Notes: generated by a model from the letters alone, not told the origin. DNA of 33,990 nt from an uncultured Eubacteriales bacterium (GCA_964638835.1 CAZWZB010000033.1:1-33990); one strand, 5' to 3'; counted from the stretch's first letter, positions 1 through 12,284 are shown. Numbers and translations: made by a program.

Positions 1-55
1 GGAGAGCACCTGCCTTACAAGCAGGGGGTCATAGGTTCGAGCCCTATAACGACCA
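1..55 (+). tRNA. tRNA-Val(TAC), 5'-truncated by the window edge
   Basis: Anticodon stem-loop cctgc-cttacaa-gcagg reads TAC; T-arm atagg-ttcgagc-cctat; acceptor 3' half aacgacc plus discriminator A; no encoded CCA. Confidence 0.6.
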
Positions 56-62
56 GTTATAT

Positions 63-146
63 GCTCGAGTGGCGGAACTGGCAGACGCACAGGACTTAAA
101 ATCCTGCGGGGTAAAACCCGTACCGGTTCGATTCCGGTCTCGAGCA
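63..146 (+). tRNA. tRNA-Leu(TAA), class II with long variable arm
   Basis: 7-bp acceptor gctcgag/ctcgagc; anticodon loop ctTAAaa; long variable arm cggggtaaaacccg; T-loop ggttcgattcc; 84 nt. Confidence 0.75.
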
Positions 147-161
147 TTTTAATATTTTTAT

Positions 162-235
162 GTACGCGTAGCTCAGCTGGATAGAGTATCTGACTACGGA
201 TCAGAGGGTCGGGAGTTCGAATCTTCTCGCGTACA
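162..235 (+). tRNA. tRNA-Arg(ACG)
   Basis: Acceptor gtacgcg/cgcgtac; D-loop agctggata; anticodon stem tctga/tcaga with loop ctACGga; T-loop ttcgaat; very similar in layout to Bacillus tRNA-Arg(ACG). Confidence 0.75.
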
Positions 236-248
236 TCAATTAAAAAAT

Positions 249-274
249 CCTTTTTTAATTAAAAGGGTTTTTTG
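249..274 (+). terminator. Rho-independent terminator after tRNA cluster
   Basis: cctttt-ttaatt-aaaagg hairpin followed by gttttttg. Confidence 0.55.
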
Positions 275-356
275 TTTATATAAAACTTATAACAATTTAA
301 ATATATTAAAAAACTTTTTAATTCCTAATAATATTAAATATTCTTTAAAATATAAT

Positions 357-387
357 AAAAAAAGGACGAAATATTTCGCCCTTTTCT
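357..387. terminator. Hairpin flanked by A-run and T-run; possible bidirectional terminator
   Basis: aaaaaaaa-ggacgaaa-ta-tttcgccc-ttttctc. The stem is better on the minus-strand RNA, where the A-C mismatch becomes G-U. A similar gggcgaaata...ttcgtcc motif recurs at 27898. Confidence 0.35.
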
Positions 388-678
388 CAAATTTATTTCA
401 TAAAATTCTTCTTTGCTTTTTTAAAATTACTATTAAATTCATTATACTGCAACCAAAGTTTTAATAAAGCTCCACCTATAGTTACTATTAAGTTGTAAAA
501 ATTGCTGTATATTACATTAAAATCCTTCTTAAAAATATATACTTAAATTTATTTTAAATAGATTTAAAGAAAAATATTAAAATTTTCCCAATAATACATA
601 TAATAGAGGTAAATATAAAATTATCTTTCTTGAACCTTTATTGGAATATATTTTTAAGTAACCATATCAATTATGAGT

Positions 679-1476
679 TTATACAATATCAGTTTTTCCA
701 AACTTACGAATTGATAATATCAAAAATCCTAAGCAATAAATTGTAATATAAACCCACATCCATACACTTGGAGGGCTACCACTACCAGAAAGACCTCCTG
801 CACTACTCATTAATTCTCCTATAATCCCATTAGAAGGTAACAATACTCTTTGTACAGTTGTAAAGATTGTATGAAAAGGAGAAACCAAACTAATAAAAAT
901 ACCAGCACTTACTACAGGTTGATTGTCAATATATTTACCAATCATTTCTACCATCCCACCAATATTCCCTAAAATATAAATAAATATCATAAGTAATCCA
1001 TTAGGTACTGCTTTAATACATGTAGAACCATATATAGTTATACATAAAATAGCATATGGTACAAAAAGATAAAGTAACCAACTACTCAATATTTGAGAAA
1101 GTGTAAGAATAATTATAGTTTCAAGTGAATAAATTGCTCCCAATATAAGAATTGCTGAAAATAAAAAAGTACCACAGCCAAATACAAGTATTAAAAGCCC
1201 AAATAATTTACCTAATACATATTCTGAGCGTCTAAGAGGTCTTGAAATAATAGCATGTATCATTCCATTTTCAAAATCTGTTGCAATAGCTCCTGAAGAA
1301 ATCATAATTGTAAGTAAAGTTAGTAACATAGAGGAAAATTGCAAACCTGTTTGTGTTAGTAAACCACTAGCAATTAATCTTGATTGTCCTCTTAATCCAT
1401 GTGCTGTACCTTCTTTATCAAAATAGTAAAGTATTACACTCCAAAAAATAAGATATAAAATAGCTACAATCCCCAT
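679..1476 (-). CDS. ABC-2 family transporter permease
   Basis: 265 aa with multiple hydrophobic TM segments, 60 bp downstream of a co-oriented ABC ATPase gene; weak or no SD upstream of the ATG. Confidence 0.7.
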   Translation of the reverse strand: MGIVAILYLIFWSVILYYFDKEGTAHGLRGQSRLIASGLLTQTGLQFSSMLLTLLTIMISSGAIATDFENGMIHAIISRPLRRSEYVLGKLFGLLILVFGCGTFLFSAILILGAIYSLETIIILTLSQILSSWLLYLFVPYAILCITIYGSTCIKAVPNGLLMIFIYILGNIGGMVEMIGKYIDNQPVVSAGIFISLVSPFHTIFTTVQRVLLPSNGIIGELMSSAGGLSGSGSPPSVWMWVYITIYCLGFLILSIRKFGKTDIV

Positions 1477-1535
1477 AACTATGAATGTTTTTTTTCTTAA
1501 AGCTTCTTTTAATGTGGTAATTATAATAGCAAAAA

Positions 1536-2438
1536 TTATTTCTCCTCCTCTCCAACAGCCCTCAAAAATACATTTTCAAGCGTTTCTTGATGCGGTGTTA
1601 ATTCATAAATTTTTACTTGTTTTGAAATAAGGTAACTAGCTATAGTTGGTATTTGTTCTTTATCTTCTAGTGTTATAAAAATAATATTATCCGTTTGTTT
1701 TAAATTCTCATCAAAATTATTCTTTAATGTAGATATTATTTCTTCGTTTATATTTTCATAACGAATAGTAAGTTTTACTTTTTCCATAAGTACATCTTTA
1801 ATTAATCCGGATTTTACAACCTTACCTTTGTTAATAATTGTAATACTATCACTTACAGCTTCTACTTCACTTAGAAGATGGCTATTTAAAAAGACAGTAG
1901 CTCCCTCTTTTTTTAATTCCACAATAATATCCCTAATACTTTTACGTCCAATAGGGTCAAGGGCAGAAGTTGGTTCGTCCAAAAAAAGAATTTTAGGATT
2001 AGGTAACAATGCACAGGCAAGTCCTAGACGTTGTTGCATCCCTTTACTATATGAACCAACTTTGTATTTCTCTTGTCCTAAAAGACCAACTCGCTTTAAA
2101 ACTTGAATATTTCTATCTTTACTTTTTTTTAAATGAAAAAGGCTTGTATGAAAATTCAACAAGTCTTCTCCAGTCATCCACTCTTGATAACGAAAAAGTT
2201 CTGGAAGATAACCAATTTTTTCTCTTGCAGAAACATCTCCAAGAGGTTTTCCAAGAATTAATCCATTACCTGAAGTGGGAAAAACAAGCCCTAAAAGCAT
2301 TTTAATAAAAGTACTTTTACCTGCTCCATTTGCCCCTAAAAATCCATATATCTGTCCTTCGGGAATGGATATACTTATTCCATTAACAGCAGTTTTTTCA
2401 CCATATTTTTTAACTAAGTTATTTGTTTCGATAACCAT
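1536..2438 (-). CDS. ABC transporter ATP-binding protein
   Basis: Walker A GANGAGKST; ABC signature YSKGMQQRLGLA; Walker B ILFLDEPTSALD; start overlaps the stop of the upstream gene (2438). Confidence 0.9.
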   Translation of the reverse strand: MVIETNNLVKKYGEKTAVNGISISIPEGQIYGFLGANGAGKSTFIKMLLGLVFPTSGNGLILGKPLGDVSAREKIGYLPELFRYQEWMTGEDLLNFHTSLFHLKKSKDRNIQVLKRVGLLGQEKYKVGSYSKGMQQRLGLACALLPNPKILFLDEPTSALDPIGRKSIRDIIVELKKEGATVFLNSHLLSEVEAVSDSITIINKGKVVKSGLIKDVLMEKVKLTIRYENINEEIISTLKNNFDENLKQTDNIIFITLEDKEQIPTIASYLISKQVKIYELTPHQETLENVFLRAVGEEEK

Positions 2439-3331
2439 TAGTTAATACTCCTTGCTATATTTAGAAGTTCACCATCAGTTTTATTTCCTGTTAAACAGTA
2501 TAATACTCCATCCTTTGTCCAAACTAAAGCAGAAATGTTTTCAGCATCACTTATATTCATATTAAATGGTAATGTTTGAACAAATAATTTTAAATCGGAC
2601 ATAGCATAAATATAGCCTGTAGAGCCATTAATATTTGTTTCTCTACCAACACCAACTAACACAGGTAAATAAATATCTTGACTTTCAATATTAATATTAG
2701 CAAGTTGAGAACGAATATTGGTAGGTACAATAGGAAGATTAATTAAAGTATTAAAAATTTCTTGTTTTGCATCGGCCTTAGTATCAAATACTATATTTTG
2801 TGTAGCAAATAATAATATTTCTGAATTATTATATTTTGCTACAACCATTGCAGGTGTAGTTATAGATATTTCTGTTCCATTTAAATTATCATCTAGTAAT
2901 AATGAGTTATCTAATTTTGATAAAGTTTTATTTATACCTTCTGTGTTTAATGAAAATTTAATAGAGTTTGAATCAACAGCTTCTATACTAGGTGTTTCAT
3001 CTTTTAATTCACGTGGTAATTTAAAAGAAAAATCAGTAAATTCATTTACACTATTTAATTCTTTAGGTACTACATTTTTTACATTTGAAGGCTGATAAGA
3101 AAAGTAATTATTAACTATTTGTTCTGAGTGTAAATCTTCATAATTACTTTTGTTATTTTCAAAATAATCTACTGCTTCCTGTATATCTGCTACGGTTATT
3201 TTTATTGTTTTTAAATCATTAACACGAAAAACAGATAATGCAGAAACAGCAAATGTTTGTACAGATGGTATAAACAAAGCAAGTGAGGTGATAAATGTAA
3301 TTCCTAAAGTTGTTATTAGCTTTTTCTTCAT
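2438..3331 (-). CDS. Secreted or membrane-anchored protein of unknown function, possibly DUF4367/LolA-like
   Basis: N-terminal signal peptide MKKKLITTLGITFITSLALFIPSVQTFA. C-terminus ...DGVLYCLTGNKTDGELLNIARSIN resembles what I recall of DUF4367 C-termini. Translationally coupled to the ABC ATPase. Confidence 0.55.
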   Translation of the reverse strand: MKKKLITTLGITFITSLALFIPSVQTFAVSALSVFRVNDLKTIKITVADIQEAVDYFENNKSNYEDLHSEQIVNNYFSYQPSNVKNVVPKELNSVNEFTDFSFKLPRELKDETPSIEAVDSNSIKFSLNTEGINKTLSKLDNSLLLDDNLNGTEISITTPAMVVAKYNNSEILLFATQNIVFDTKADAKQEIFNTLINLPIVPTNIRSQLANINIESQDIYLPVLVGVGRETNINGSTGYIYAMSDLKLFVQTLPFNMNISDAENISALVWTKDGVLYCLTGNKTDGELLNIARSIN

Positions 3332-3528
3332 TTTATTACTCCTTTCAATAATAAGTATTTTATTTATTTCAAAATAATTGTAACATATGCATATAATTAT
3401 TTCAATACTAAAAATACTAAAATATAAACATTTGTTTTATATTTAGAATTCAACCGTTTTTACTGTTATATAGACTTTTAATTATTGATATTTTTTTAAA
3501 TATTAAAAAGCGTTTAAATATAATAGTT

Positions 3529-3563
3529 TAAAAAAATAGGAAGTGTATTTTACACATTCCTAT
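3529..3563 (-). terminator. Second (distal) terminator downstream of gyrA
   Basis: Bulged hairpin ataggaa(g)tgta-tttt-tacacattcctat, followed on the minus strand by a T6-7 run (complement of aaaaaaa 3529-3535). Confidence 0.45.
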
Positions 3564-3587
3564 TTAATATAATTCTAAATTTTAAGT

Positions 3588-3619
3588 TAGTGACCAAACT
3601 TTAAAAAAATTGGTCACTA
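3588..3619 (-). terminator. Proximal terminator immediately after gyrA stop
   Basis: Perfect 10-bp inverted repeat tagtgaccaa / ttggtcacta with an A/T-rich loop, 6 nt after the gyrA stop codon. Confidence 0.5.
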
Positions 3620-3625
3620 TATTAT

Positions 3626-6118
3626 TTAAACAACTTCATTTATATCTTCTTCTACATCAAATTCATCATCTATATCATCTTCAGCTATTTTTGCTAAACT
3701 AACAACTTTAATATTATCTTTTAAATTCATAAGTTTAATACCTTGTGTTATTCGACTTTGCGTAGATATTTCTTTTCCTCTAAGTCTTATTACTGTACCT
3801 TCAGATGTAATTAACATTAAATCTTCATTATCATTTATCATTTTAATACCAGCTATAGTACCTGTTTTATCTGTTATTTTATATACTTTGACACCTTTTC
3901 CACCTCTATGATGTGTAGTGAATTCATCTGCTAATGTACGTTTACCATATCCATTAGAAGTTACTAAAAGTGTTTCATAACCATCTAAGATTGTTTCAGC
4001 GTCAATTACTATATCATTTTCTTTTAACTTAATACATCTTACTCCTGAAGCAGTTCTTCCTGATATACGTATTTCATCTTCATTAAATCTTATTCCTTGC
4101 CCATTTTTTGTTACAACAAATATATCCATTGTACCATCTGTAAGTTTAACTGAAATTAATTCATCATCTTCTCTAACTGTCAAAACAGAACGTCCAAGTT
4201 TTCTAATTTTTTTAAACTCTGAAATATTAATACGTTTAATTATACCCTTTTTTGTTGCCATAATAAAATATTTATCTTCTTCATTTTCTTTAATAGATAC
4301 AACAGTTGTTACTTTTTCTTCAGGGCTTAAATTTAAAAGGTTAACTATAGCAGTGCCTCTTGCTGTTCTGCCTGCTTCTGGTATTTCATAAGTTTTAAGG
4401 CGATACACTTTCCCCAAGTTTGTAAAAAACAAAATATAATTATGAGTAGAAGTTATAAACAAATGTTCTATAAAATCTTCATTTCTAGTCTGCATACCCA
4501 TAACACCTTTACCACCTCTATTTTGCGTTTTGTATGTGTTAAGAGGAAGTCTTTTTATATAACCTAAATGAGTCATTGTTATTACATTTGTTTCTTCTTC
4601 TATAAGGTCTTCTTCATTTATTTCTCCGGGGTCATGTATTATTTTAGTTTTTCTTTCATCACCATATTTATTACTTATTAAAGATATTTCTTCTCTTATA
4701 ACAGAATATAATTTATGTTCATCATTAAGTATAGATTTGTATTCTGTAATTTTAATTTCTAATTCTTTATATTCATTATCTATTTTTTTTCTTTCTAATC
4801 CTGTTAAAGCTCTAAGTCGCATTTCTCCTATTGCCATAGCTTGCTTTTCTGAAAGTTTGAAATGTTCTATTAGTTTTTCACGAGCATTAGCACTATCTTT
4901 TGAATTTTTTATTACAGCTATAACTTCATCTATACTATCAAGTGCTATTTTTATACCTTCTAATATGTGAGCTCTATCTTCTGCTTTACTTAAATCAAAT
5001 TGAGTTCTACGTGTTACAACATCTTTTTGATGTTTTATATAGCACTCTAACATTTGTTTTAAATTTAAAGTTTTAGGTTCGTTGTTTACAAGTGATAGCA
5101 TTATTATGTTAAAACTAATTTGCATTTGAGAATATTTATATAGTTGGTTTAATACAACGTTTGCATTAACATCTTTTTTTAGTTCAATAACTATTCTCAT
5201 ACCTTCTCTATTAGATTCATCTCTTAAGTCAGATATTCCTTCAATTTTTTTGTCTTTTACTAAATCTGCTATAGCTTCTATAAGTTTTGATTTATTAACT
5301 TGATATGGTATAGCATCAACTATTATTTGTTGACGGTTTGAATTATTAGGCATTGGCTCTATTATAGCATCTGCTCTTAGCTTTATTTTTCCTCTACCAG
5401 TTCTATAAGCTTCTTTTATACCAGATTTACCTACTATAGTTGCACCTGTTGGAAAATCAGGTCCACTTACTATTTTGAGAAGTTCTTCAATATCTGTTTC
5501 TGTATTTTCAAGTTTACTATCTATTATCTTTACTACAGCTTCTATTATTTCTTTAAGATTGTGAGGAGGTATATTTGTTGCCATACCAACTGCTATACCA
5601 GATGAACCATTAACTAAAAGATTAGGGAAACGTGATGGGAGTACAAGTGGTTCTTTTTCAGTTTCATCAAAGTTAGGCATAAAATCAACTGTATTTTTAT
5701 CTATATCAACAAGCATTTCAGCAGACATTTTGGTAAGACGTGCCTCTGTATAACGTTGAGCAGCAGCTCCATCACCGTCTATTGAACCAAAGTTACCATG
5801 TCCATCTACTAAAGTATATCTCATAGAAAAATGTTGAGCCATACGAACCATAGCATCATATATTGATGTATCTCCGTGTGGGTGATATTTACCCATTGTA
5901 TCCCCAACAATACGTGCTGATTTTCTAAATGGTTTGTTAGGCTCTAAATTTAGTTCACTCATTGCATAAAGTATTCTTCTGTGTACTGGTTTTAAACCAT
6001 CTCTAACATCAGGTAATGCTCTTGAAGCAATAACACTCATAGCATAATCAATAAAACATCTTTTCATTTCTTCTTCTATATTGACTTCTACTATGTGGTC
6101 AAATCTATTTTCTTCCAT
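3626..6118 (-). CDS. gyrA: DNA gyrase subunit A
   Basis: 830 aa; [33 protein letters not shown], active-site region; acidic C-terminal tail; SD aggggtga upstream. Confidence 0.97.
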   Translation of the reverse strand: MEENRFDHIVEVNIEEEMKRCFIDYAMSVIASRALPDVRDGLKPVHRRILYAMSELNLEPNKPFRKSARIVGDTMGKYHPHGDTSIYDAMVRMAQHFSMRYTLVDGHGNFGSIDGDGAAAQRYTEARLTKMSAEMLVDIDKNTVDFMPNFDETEKEPLVLPSRFPNLLVNGSSGIAVGMATNIPPHNLKEIIEAVVKIIDSKLENTETDIEELLKIVSGPDFPTGATIVGKSGIKEAYRTGRGKIKLRADAIIEPMPNNSNRQQIIVDAIPYQVNKSKLIEAIADLVKDKKIEGISDLRDESNREGMRIVIELKKDVNANVVLNQLYKYSQMQISFNIIMLSLVNNEPKTLNLKQMLECYIKHQKDVVTRRTQFDLSKAEDRAHILEGIKIALDSIDEVIAVIKNSKDSANAREKLIEHFKLSEKQAMAIGEMRLRALTGLERKKIDNEYKELEIKITEYKSILNDEHKLYSVIREEISLISNKYGDERKTKIIHDPGEINEEDLIEEETNVITMTHLGYIKRLPLNTYKTQNRGGKGVMGMQTRNEDFIEHLFITSTHNYILFFTNLGKVYRLKTYEIPEAGRTARGTAIVNLLNLSPEEKVTTVVSIKENEEDKYFIMATKKGIIKRINISEFKKIRKLGRSVLTVREDDELISVKLTDGTMDIFVVTKNGQGIRFNEDEIRISGRTASGVRCIKLKENDIVIDAETILDGYETLLVTSNGYGKRTLADEFTTHHRGGKGVKVYKITDKTGTIAGIKMINDNEDLMLITSEGTVIRLRGKEISTQSRITQGIKLMNLKDNIKVVSLAKIAEDDIDDEFDVEEDINEVV

Positions 6119-6128
6119 GTCTTCACCC

Positions 6129-8174
<2,046 letters not shown>

Positions 8175-8444
8175 CTATACCACATTTAAATTTTTAACAA
8201 AATTAATTCTTTTTTGTAGTGTAGTAGAAGATATAGGGGATAAATAAATTTCCAATTTATCATTATTGGACAATAATAGAATTGATTTTGGATTATCCTC
8301 ATATAAGTTACACACATTTCCTTTATTTTTTGCGTTTTGTAAAAAATAAGTTGATATTTTAGAGTTTTTTATAGTCTTAATATCAATTATAGCAATGATA
8401 TCTTTCTTCATTACTTCTATGTCTGTTCCTATGTGTAAAAACAT
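8175..8444 (-). CDS. remB: DUF370 / RemA-RemB family small protein (the yaaB/remB position upstream of gyrB)
   Basis: 89 aa. Alignable to B. subtilis RemA (I.IG..I.AI...; ...KSILLLSNNDKLEIYLSPISSTTLQKR versus [25 protein letters not shown]). Same position as yaaB/remB in the recF-remB-gyrB-gyrA block. SD ggggga. Confidence 0.7.
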   Translation of the reverse strand: MFLHIGTDIEVMKKDIIAIIDIKTIKNSKISTYFLQNAKNKGNVCNLYEDNPKSILLLSNNDKLEIYLSPISSTTLQKRINFVKNLNVV

Positions 8445-8502
8445 ATTTTATGTCCCCCAAAGCATATATATCGTAAACAAAATTTCATTTTGTACTGCTT
8501 AT

Positions 8503-8531
8503 ATTATAACACATTTTAGCTATTTAAACAA
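8503..8531 (-). promoter_or_regulatory. Sigma-A type promoter for remB-gyrB-gyrA
   Basis: On the minus strand: TTGTTT - 17 nt - TATAAT with a TG-containing extended -10 (tgtTATAAT); about 50 nt leader to the remB SD. Confidence 0.5.
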
Positions 8532-8768
8532 GAGTTTAAGAAAGATACTTGGAGTGTTTGCATAAAAATAAAACTACACAAAATATAGTAAAATTAAATC
8601 ACTTTGTTTACTAATTAATGTTATTAATATAAATTAAACCAAATATTAAAATTTATTTATTACAATGTGAAAAAATTATTTAAAATAAATAAAATTTATA
8701 TATAGAATAATTAAAAAAATATAGATTTAGTTAAAGTATTTCATATATTGTTAAAATTAATTTCACAT

Positions 8769-8802
8769 AAAAAAAGGCAAACATATATGTTTGCCTTTTT
8801 TT
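8769..8802 (-). terminator. Rho-independent terminator of the beta-galactosidase operon (bidirectional by symmetry)
   Basis: aaaaaa-aggcaaacatat|atatgtttgcct-ttttttt perfect palindrome abutting the stop codon at 8801. Confidence 0.7.
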
Positions 8803-10750
8803 ATACTTTTTCAATTATACATTCAAATGGTTCTAATTGTCTATGGTCAAAAGTAACTCTTGTGTTATTATGATTTATTATAAACAAATATTCTTCATCA
8901 TTTAAATTTCTTCTTACAATTTCAACACCACTTGGGGAATCAATAGTCTTAATACTACAACTACTAATTATTCTTTGAGCTATAATAGCCATTGTAGTAT
9001 CATCTATACCACAACCAATATAATAAGCTTCACCTTCACCATATGTATTAACTGTTATAGCAGAAAAATCTAAGTAAAAGTCATCTGTATAGCTAAATAA
9101 AGTTTTAGCAGTAACAGTTTTAAGCATATCTCTAAAAACTTCTCCATTTCCTACAATACTATTATATTCTTCATTACCTTTTATAGTAACATTTTGTCCT
9201 TCTTGAAGACTTTCAATTTCTGCAACAAATGCACCAACTAAATCATCATAATTAATAGGTGCAAACTTATTTAAAGTTAAATTGTTATATTCATCTTTTA
9301 AAGCAGTTCTAAAACTAAATACTACACGACCACCTGACTTAACAAATGCTTTTATACGCTCTTGAACTTCAAGTTTTTGTATAATCATAACTGGAACTAA
9401 AAGTACTTTATATTGTGAAAAATCTTCATAGCTTGGTATTATATCAACTGAAACATTAGATTCAAAAAAAGGTTTATATAATCTAAGAACTTCTTTTTTG
9501 TAATCCATTAATGCACTTTGTTTTTGTATTCTAAATGATGCCATAGATTCATAATCATATATAATGCAAACATCACTTTTTATATTTGTTTCTATTAATT
9601 CTTCATTCTTTTTCATTTCATTGAAGAAAGTTTTAACTTCATTAAATTTTCTTCTTTTTGTATTGTCTGTATCTATTATACCATAACAATATTGTTCAGC
9701 TCCTTTTGTAGCTCCTCTATATCTAAAATACATAAGTGAACTACAACCATGTGCCATAGCTTGATATGACCACATTTTAGCCTGATTAGGTCTTGGTAAA
9801 AATCCAATTACATCATGTCCTTGAGCTCCCATAATAGCTTCTGTTATCCAGAAATTTTGACGTTTTGCACCTCTCATAAAGTCAAGCCCACATGCTATTT
9901 CATATGGTGGTATAGGTTCTCTTTGTCCTCCCCATACTGGGTAATTATTATAAGCTACTACATCAATATCTCTTGCAACTTTTGAGTAGTCATAATGTTT
10001 ATCAAAAAAACCACCTGGAAAGTCATGAAATACGGTTGTATTAGGTATTACTGTTTTAATTATATCATATTGTAATTTATTATAATCTACAACACTTTTT
10101 TCTCTAAACAATTCCCATTCCATTCTTAAAGATGGATTATGAGTTGTTATTGTTTTAGCTGGTACAGGTATTTCATCAAAATCATTATAAGTTTGTGACC
10201 AAAATCTAGTACCCCAAATGTCATTAAGTTTTTGAATATTATTATTGTATTTTTGTTTTAAAAATTCTCTAAAGGCATTTTTACATTCATCACAATAACA
10301 CATATCACTACCTTCATGTCCAAATTCATTATCAATTTGCCATGCAACAATTCCTTTTTCATCTTTATAATGTTCTACAAGTTTAGTAACAATTTTTTTA
10401 GTAAAGTTAATATAAGTTTTACTATTAAAACAATATTGACGTCTTCCACCAAAAACACGTTTTGTACCATCTTCAAATTCTGATAAAACTTCAGGATGTT
10501 TTTTAGCAAGCCATGCTGGCATTGTAGCAGTTGGTGTACCAAATATAACATATAAACCTTTAGCTTTAGCTTTTTCAATTACATTATCGAAAAATGAGAA
10601 ATCATAATTCCCCTCAGTTGATTCCATCATATGCCAAGCAAATTCACCTATACGAATAACATTACTACCTAACTCCACAATATTATCTAAATCTTCATTC
10701 ATAAGTTCTAAATCCCATTGTTCTGGATAATAGTCAACACCTAAATACAT
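8801..10750 (-). CDS. GH42 family beta-galactosidase
   Basis: 649 aa; N-terminus MYLGVDYYPEQWD...IRIGEFAWHMME typical of GH42 (BgaB/LacA type); catalytic Glu context IDNEFGH. Confidence 0.9.
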   Translation of the reverse strand: MYLGVDYYPEQWDLELMNEDLDNIVELGSNVIRIGEFAWHMMESTEGNYDFSFFDNVIEKAKAKGLYVIFGTPTATMPAWLAKKHPEVLSEFEDGTKRVFGGRRQYCFNSKTYINFTKKIVTKLVEHYKDEKGIVAWQIDNEFGHEGSDMCYCDECKNAFREFLKQKYNNNIQKLNDIWGTRFWSQTYNDFDEIPVPAKTITTHNPSLRMEWELFREKSVVDYNKLQYDIIKTVIPNTTVFHDFPGGFFDKHYDYSKVARDIDVVAYNNYPVWGGQREPIPPYEIACGLDFMRGAKRQNFWITEAIMGAQGHDVIGFLPRPNQAKMWSYQAMAHGCSSLMYFRYRGATKGAEQYCYGIIDTDNTKRRKFNEVKTFFNEMKKNEELIETNIKSDVCIIYDYESMASFRIQKQSALMDYKKEVLRLYKPFFESNVSVDIIPSYEDFSQYKVLLVPVMIIQKLEVQERIKAFVKSGGRVVFSFRTALKDEYNNLTLNKFAPINYDDLVGAFVAEIESLQEGQNVTIKGNEEYNSIVGNGEVFRDMLKTVTAKTLFSYTDDFYLDFSAITVNTYGEGEAYYIGCGIDDTTMAIIAQRIISSCSIKTIDSPSGVEIVRRNLNDEEYLFIINHNNTRVTFDHRQLEPFECIIEKV

Positions 10751-10815
10751 AAAAATCCTCCTTCGTTATTAATTTCAGGGTAAGTATTCACCTACCCTCA
10801 TTATATATTTAAAAA

Positions 10816-12177
10816 TTATTGTATTGCCTTAGTTTTTCTATTTTCTAATTCTTTTAATATTTTTTCTTGGAATTCACCATTTAATTTATAGAATTTAAAA
10901 TATACAAATACACAAACTATACATAGAACAACTGGAACACCAATCATTAATGTTCTTATCCCTGAAACAGCAGTAGCTGTTTGTTCCACATCAGGAATGT
11001 ATCCAATAACTGTTAAACCTACTCCTATTAAAAATCCACTTAACGCACCTGCTAATTTAACAACGAATGTTTGAGTTGAAAATATTATACTTTCATTTCG
11101 TGTATTAAATTTATATTCTCCATAATCAACTACATCGGCAAGCATAACTGTAGATAATGCAAGTGTAAAACCAATCCCTATATTAACAATTGCACTACAT
11201 AAGCCTACTAAAGTTATATTTTGAGGTTGTATAAAACCAACTACTAAAAGTAAAACAAATCCAATTACTGGTAAAGCACATGCCATAGCGAAAACTTTTC
11301 TTCTACCTATAATATTAGATAATTGTGGATATACTGCAAGCCCTCCCATTTGTGCAAGTCCTGCAACTAATGTGTATGTTGAAAATAAATTTTCATTAAG
11401 TGTTACATATTTAAAATAATATAGAGCAAAACCATTTGATAATTGGAATGTTATATTAAACAATAAAGAAGTACATAAAACAGCAAGCACTTGGTCATTC
11501 TTTCCTAAAATATTTATTATTTCTTTAAAAGAAGTTTTTTGATTTTTGTTATTGGTAACTACACGTTCTTTTACATTTATTACTGTTAATATAATTGTTA
11601 AAACAAATAAAATAGAAATAATTAAAGCAAACATTGAAAATCCTTTAGAATTATCTCCATTACCAAGTGTAGCTACAAATTTAAGTCCAAAGGTACCAAC
11701 TACTAACCATGCTAAACTAGCAAAAATTCTTGGTATAACTGAAATTGTATCTCTTTCAGCTTTATCACTTGTTAATGCTGGTATCATTGACCAATAAGGA
11801 ATATCCATTATTGTATATGTCATTCCCCATAATATGTACATAACTGCTACATAAGCATATAAAGGTGTTCCACTTAAATTAGGATTAAAGTACAAGAAGG
11901 CTAAAACTACAGCATTTAATAATGTTCCTATTAAAAGCCATGGTCTAAATTTTCCCCATTTACTTTTTGTATTATCTATAACCATTCCCATAAAAGGGTC
12001 ATTAAAAGCGTCCCAAATTCTTGCTACTAAAAATAATGTACCTATAAATGCAGGAGCTATAAATAAAACATCTGTAAAATAGTACATTAAAAATGTAGCG
12101 ACTATTGCATACACTAGGTCTTTTCCGAAAGCACCTAATCCATAAGAAAGCTTTGTAGTAAATGATAATTTTTCCAT
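10816..12177 (-). CDS. Glycoside-pentoside-hexuronide (GPH) family sugar:cation symporter (MelB/LacS-like)
   Basis: 453 aa, about 12 TM; N-terminal GPH signature KLSYGLGAFGKDLVYAIVATFLMYYFTDV...DAFNDPFMGMVID; SD gaggagg; co-oriented directly upstream of the GH42 gene. Confidence 0.85.
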   Translation of the reverse strand: MEKLSFTTKLSYGLGAFGKDLVYAIVATFLMYYFTDVLFIAPAFIGTLFLVARIWDAFNDPFMGMVIDNTKSKWGKFRPWLLIGTLLNAVVLAFLYFNPNLSGTPLYAYVAVMYILWGMTYTIMDIPYWSMIPALTSDKAERDTISVIPRIFASLAWLVVGTFGLKFVATLGNGDNSKGFSMFALIISILFVLTIILTVINVKERVVTNNKNQKTSFKEIINILGKNDQVLAVLCTSLLFNITFQLSNGFALYYFKYVTLNENLFSTYTLVAGLAQMGGLAVYPQLSNIIGRRKVFAMACALPVIGFVLLLVVGFIQPQNITLVGLCSAIVNIGIGFTLALSTVMLADVVDYGEYKFNTRNESIIFSTQTFVVKLAGALSGFLIGVGLTVIGYIPDVEQTATAVSGIRTLMIGVPVVLCIVCVFVYFKFYKLNGEFQEKILKELENRKTKAIQ

Positions 12178-12255
12178 ATTTGAATCCTCCTCAAATTTGT
12201 TTATATTGCTATAGTTTATTTACTGAATATAATGGCCGTTATATTATTTATATAT

Positions 12256-12284
12256 ATATTATCATACGAATAAAAAAAAATCAA
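12256..12284 (-). promoter_or_regulatory. Candidate sigma-A promoter for the GPH transporter / beta-galactosidase operon
   Basis: On the minus strand: TTGATT - 17 nt - TAATAT with TG at the extended -10 position (TGaTAATAT), about 80 nt upstream of the start codon. Confidence 0.4.

Noticed and set aside
1828-2305. Two + strand ORFs (92 and 98 aa) inside the ABC ATPase gene
   Set aside because: They lie entirely antisense within a well-supported CDS and have no SD or domain features. The translations are low-complexity and typical of AT-rich antisense frames.
2718-3095. 125-aa + strand ORF antisense to the secreted-protein gene
   Set aside because: Antisense overlap with a signal-peptide-bearing CDS; no start context.
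4737-4970. 77-aa ORF antisense inside gyrA
   Set aside because: Embedded in highly conserved gyrA; spurious.
10375-10578. 67-aa same-strand out-of-frame ORF inside the GH42 gene, and an 83-aa + ORF (11546-11797) inside the transporter gene
   Set aside because: Both overlap well-supported CDSs in other frames or strands; no independent evidence.
12232-12273. 13-codon ORF MAVILFIYILSYE on the + strand upstream of the transporter
   Set aside because: Its ATG overlaps the predicted -10 of the + strand promoter, it has no SD, and such short hydrophobic ORFs arise by chance in AT-rich sequence.
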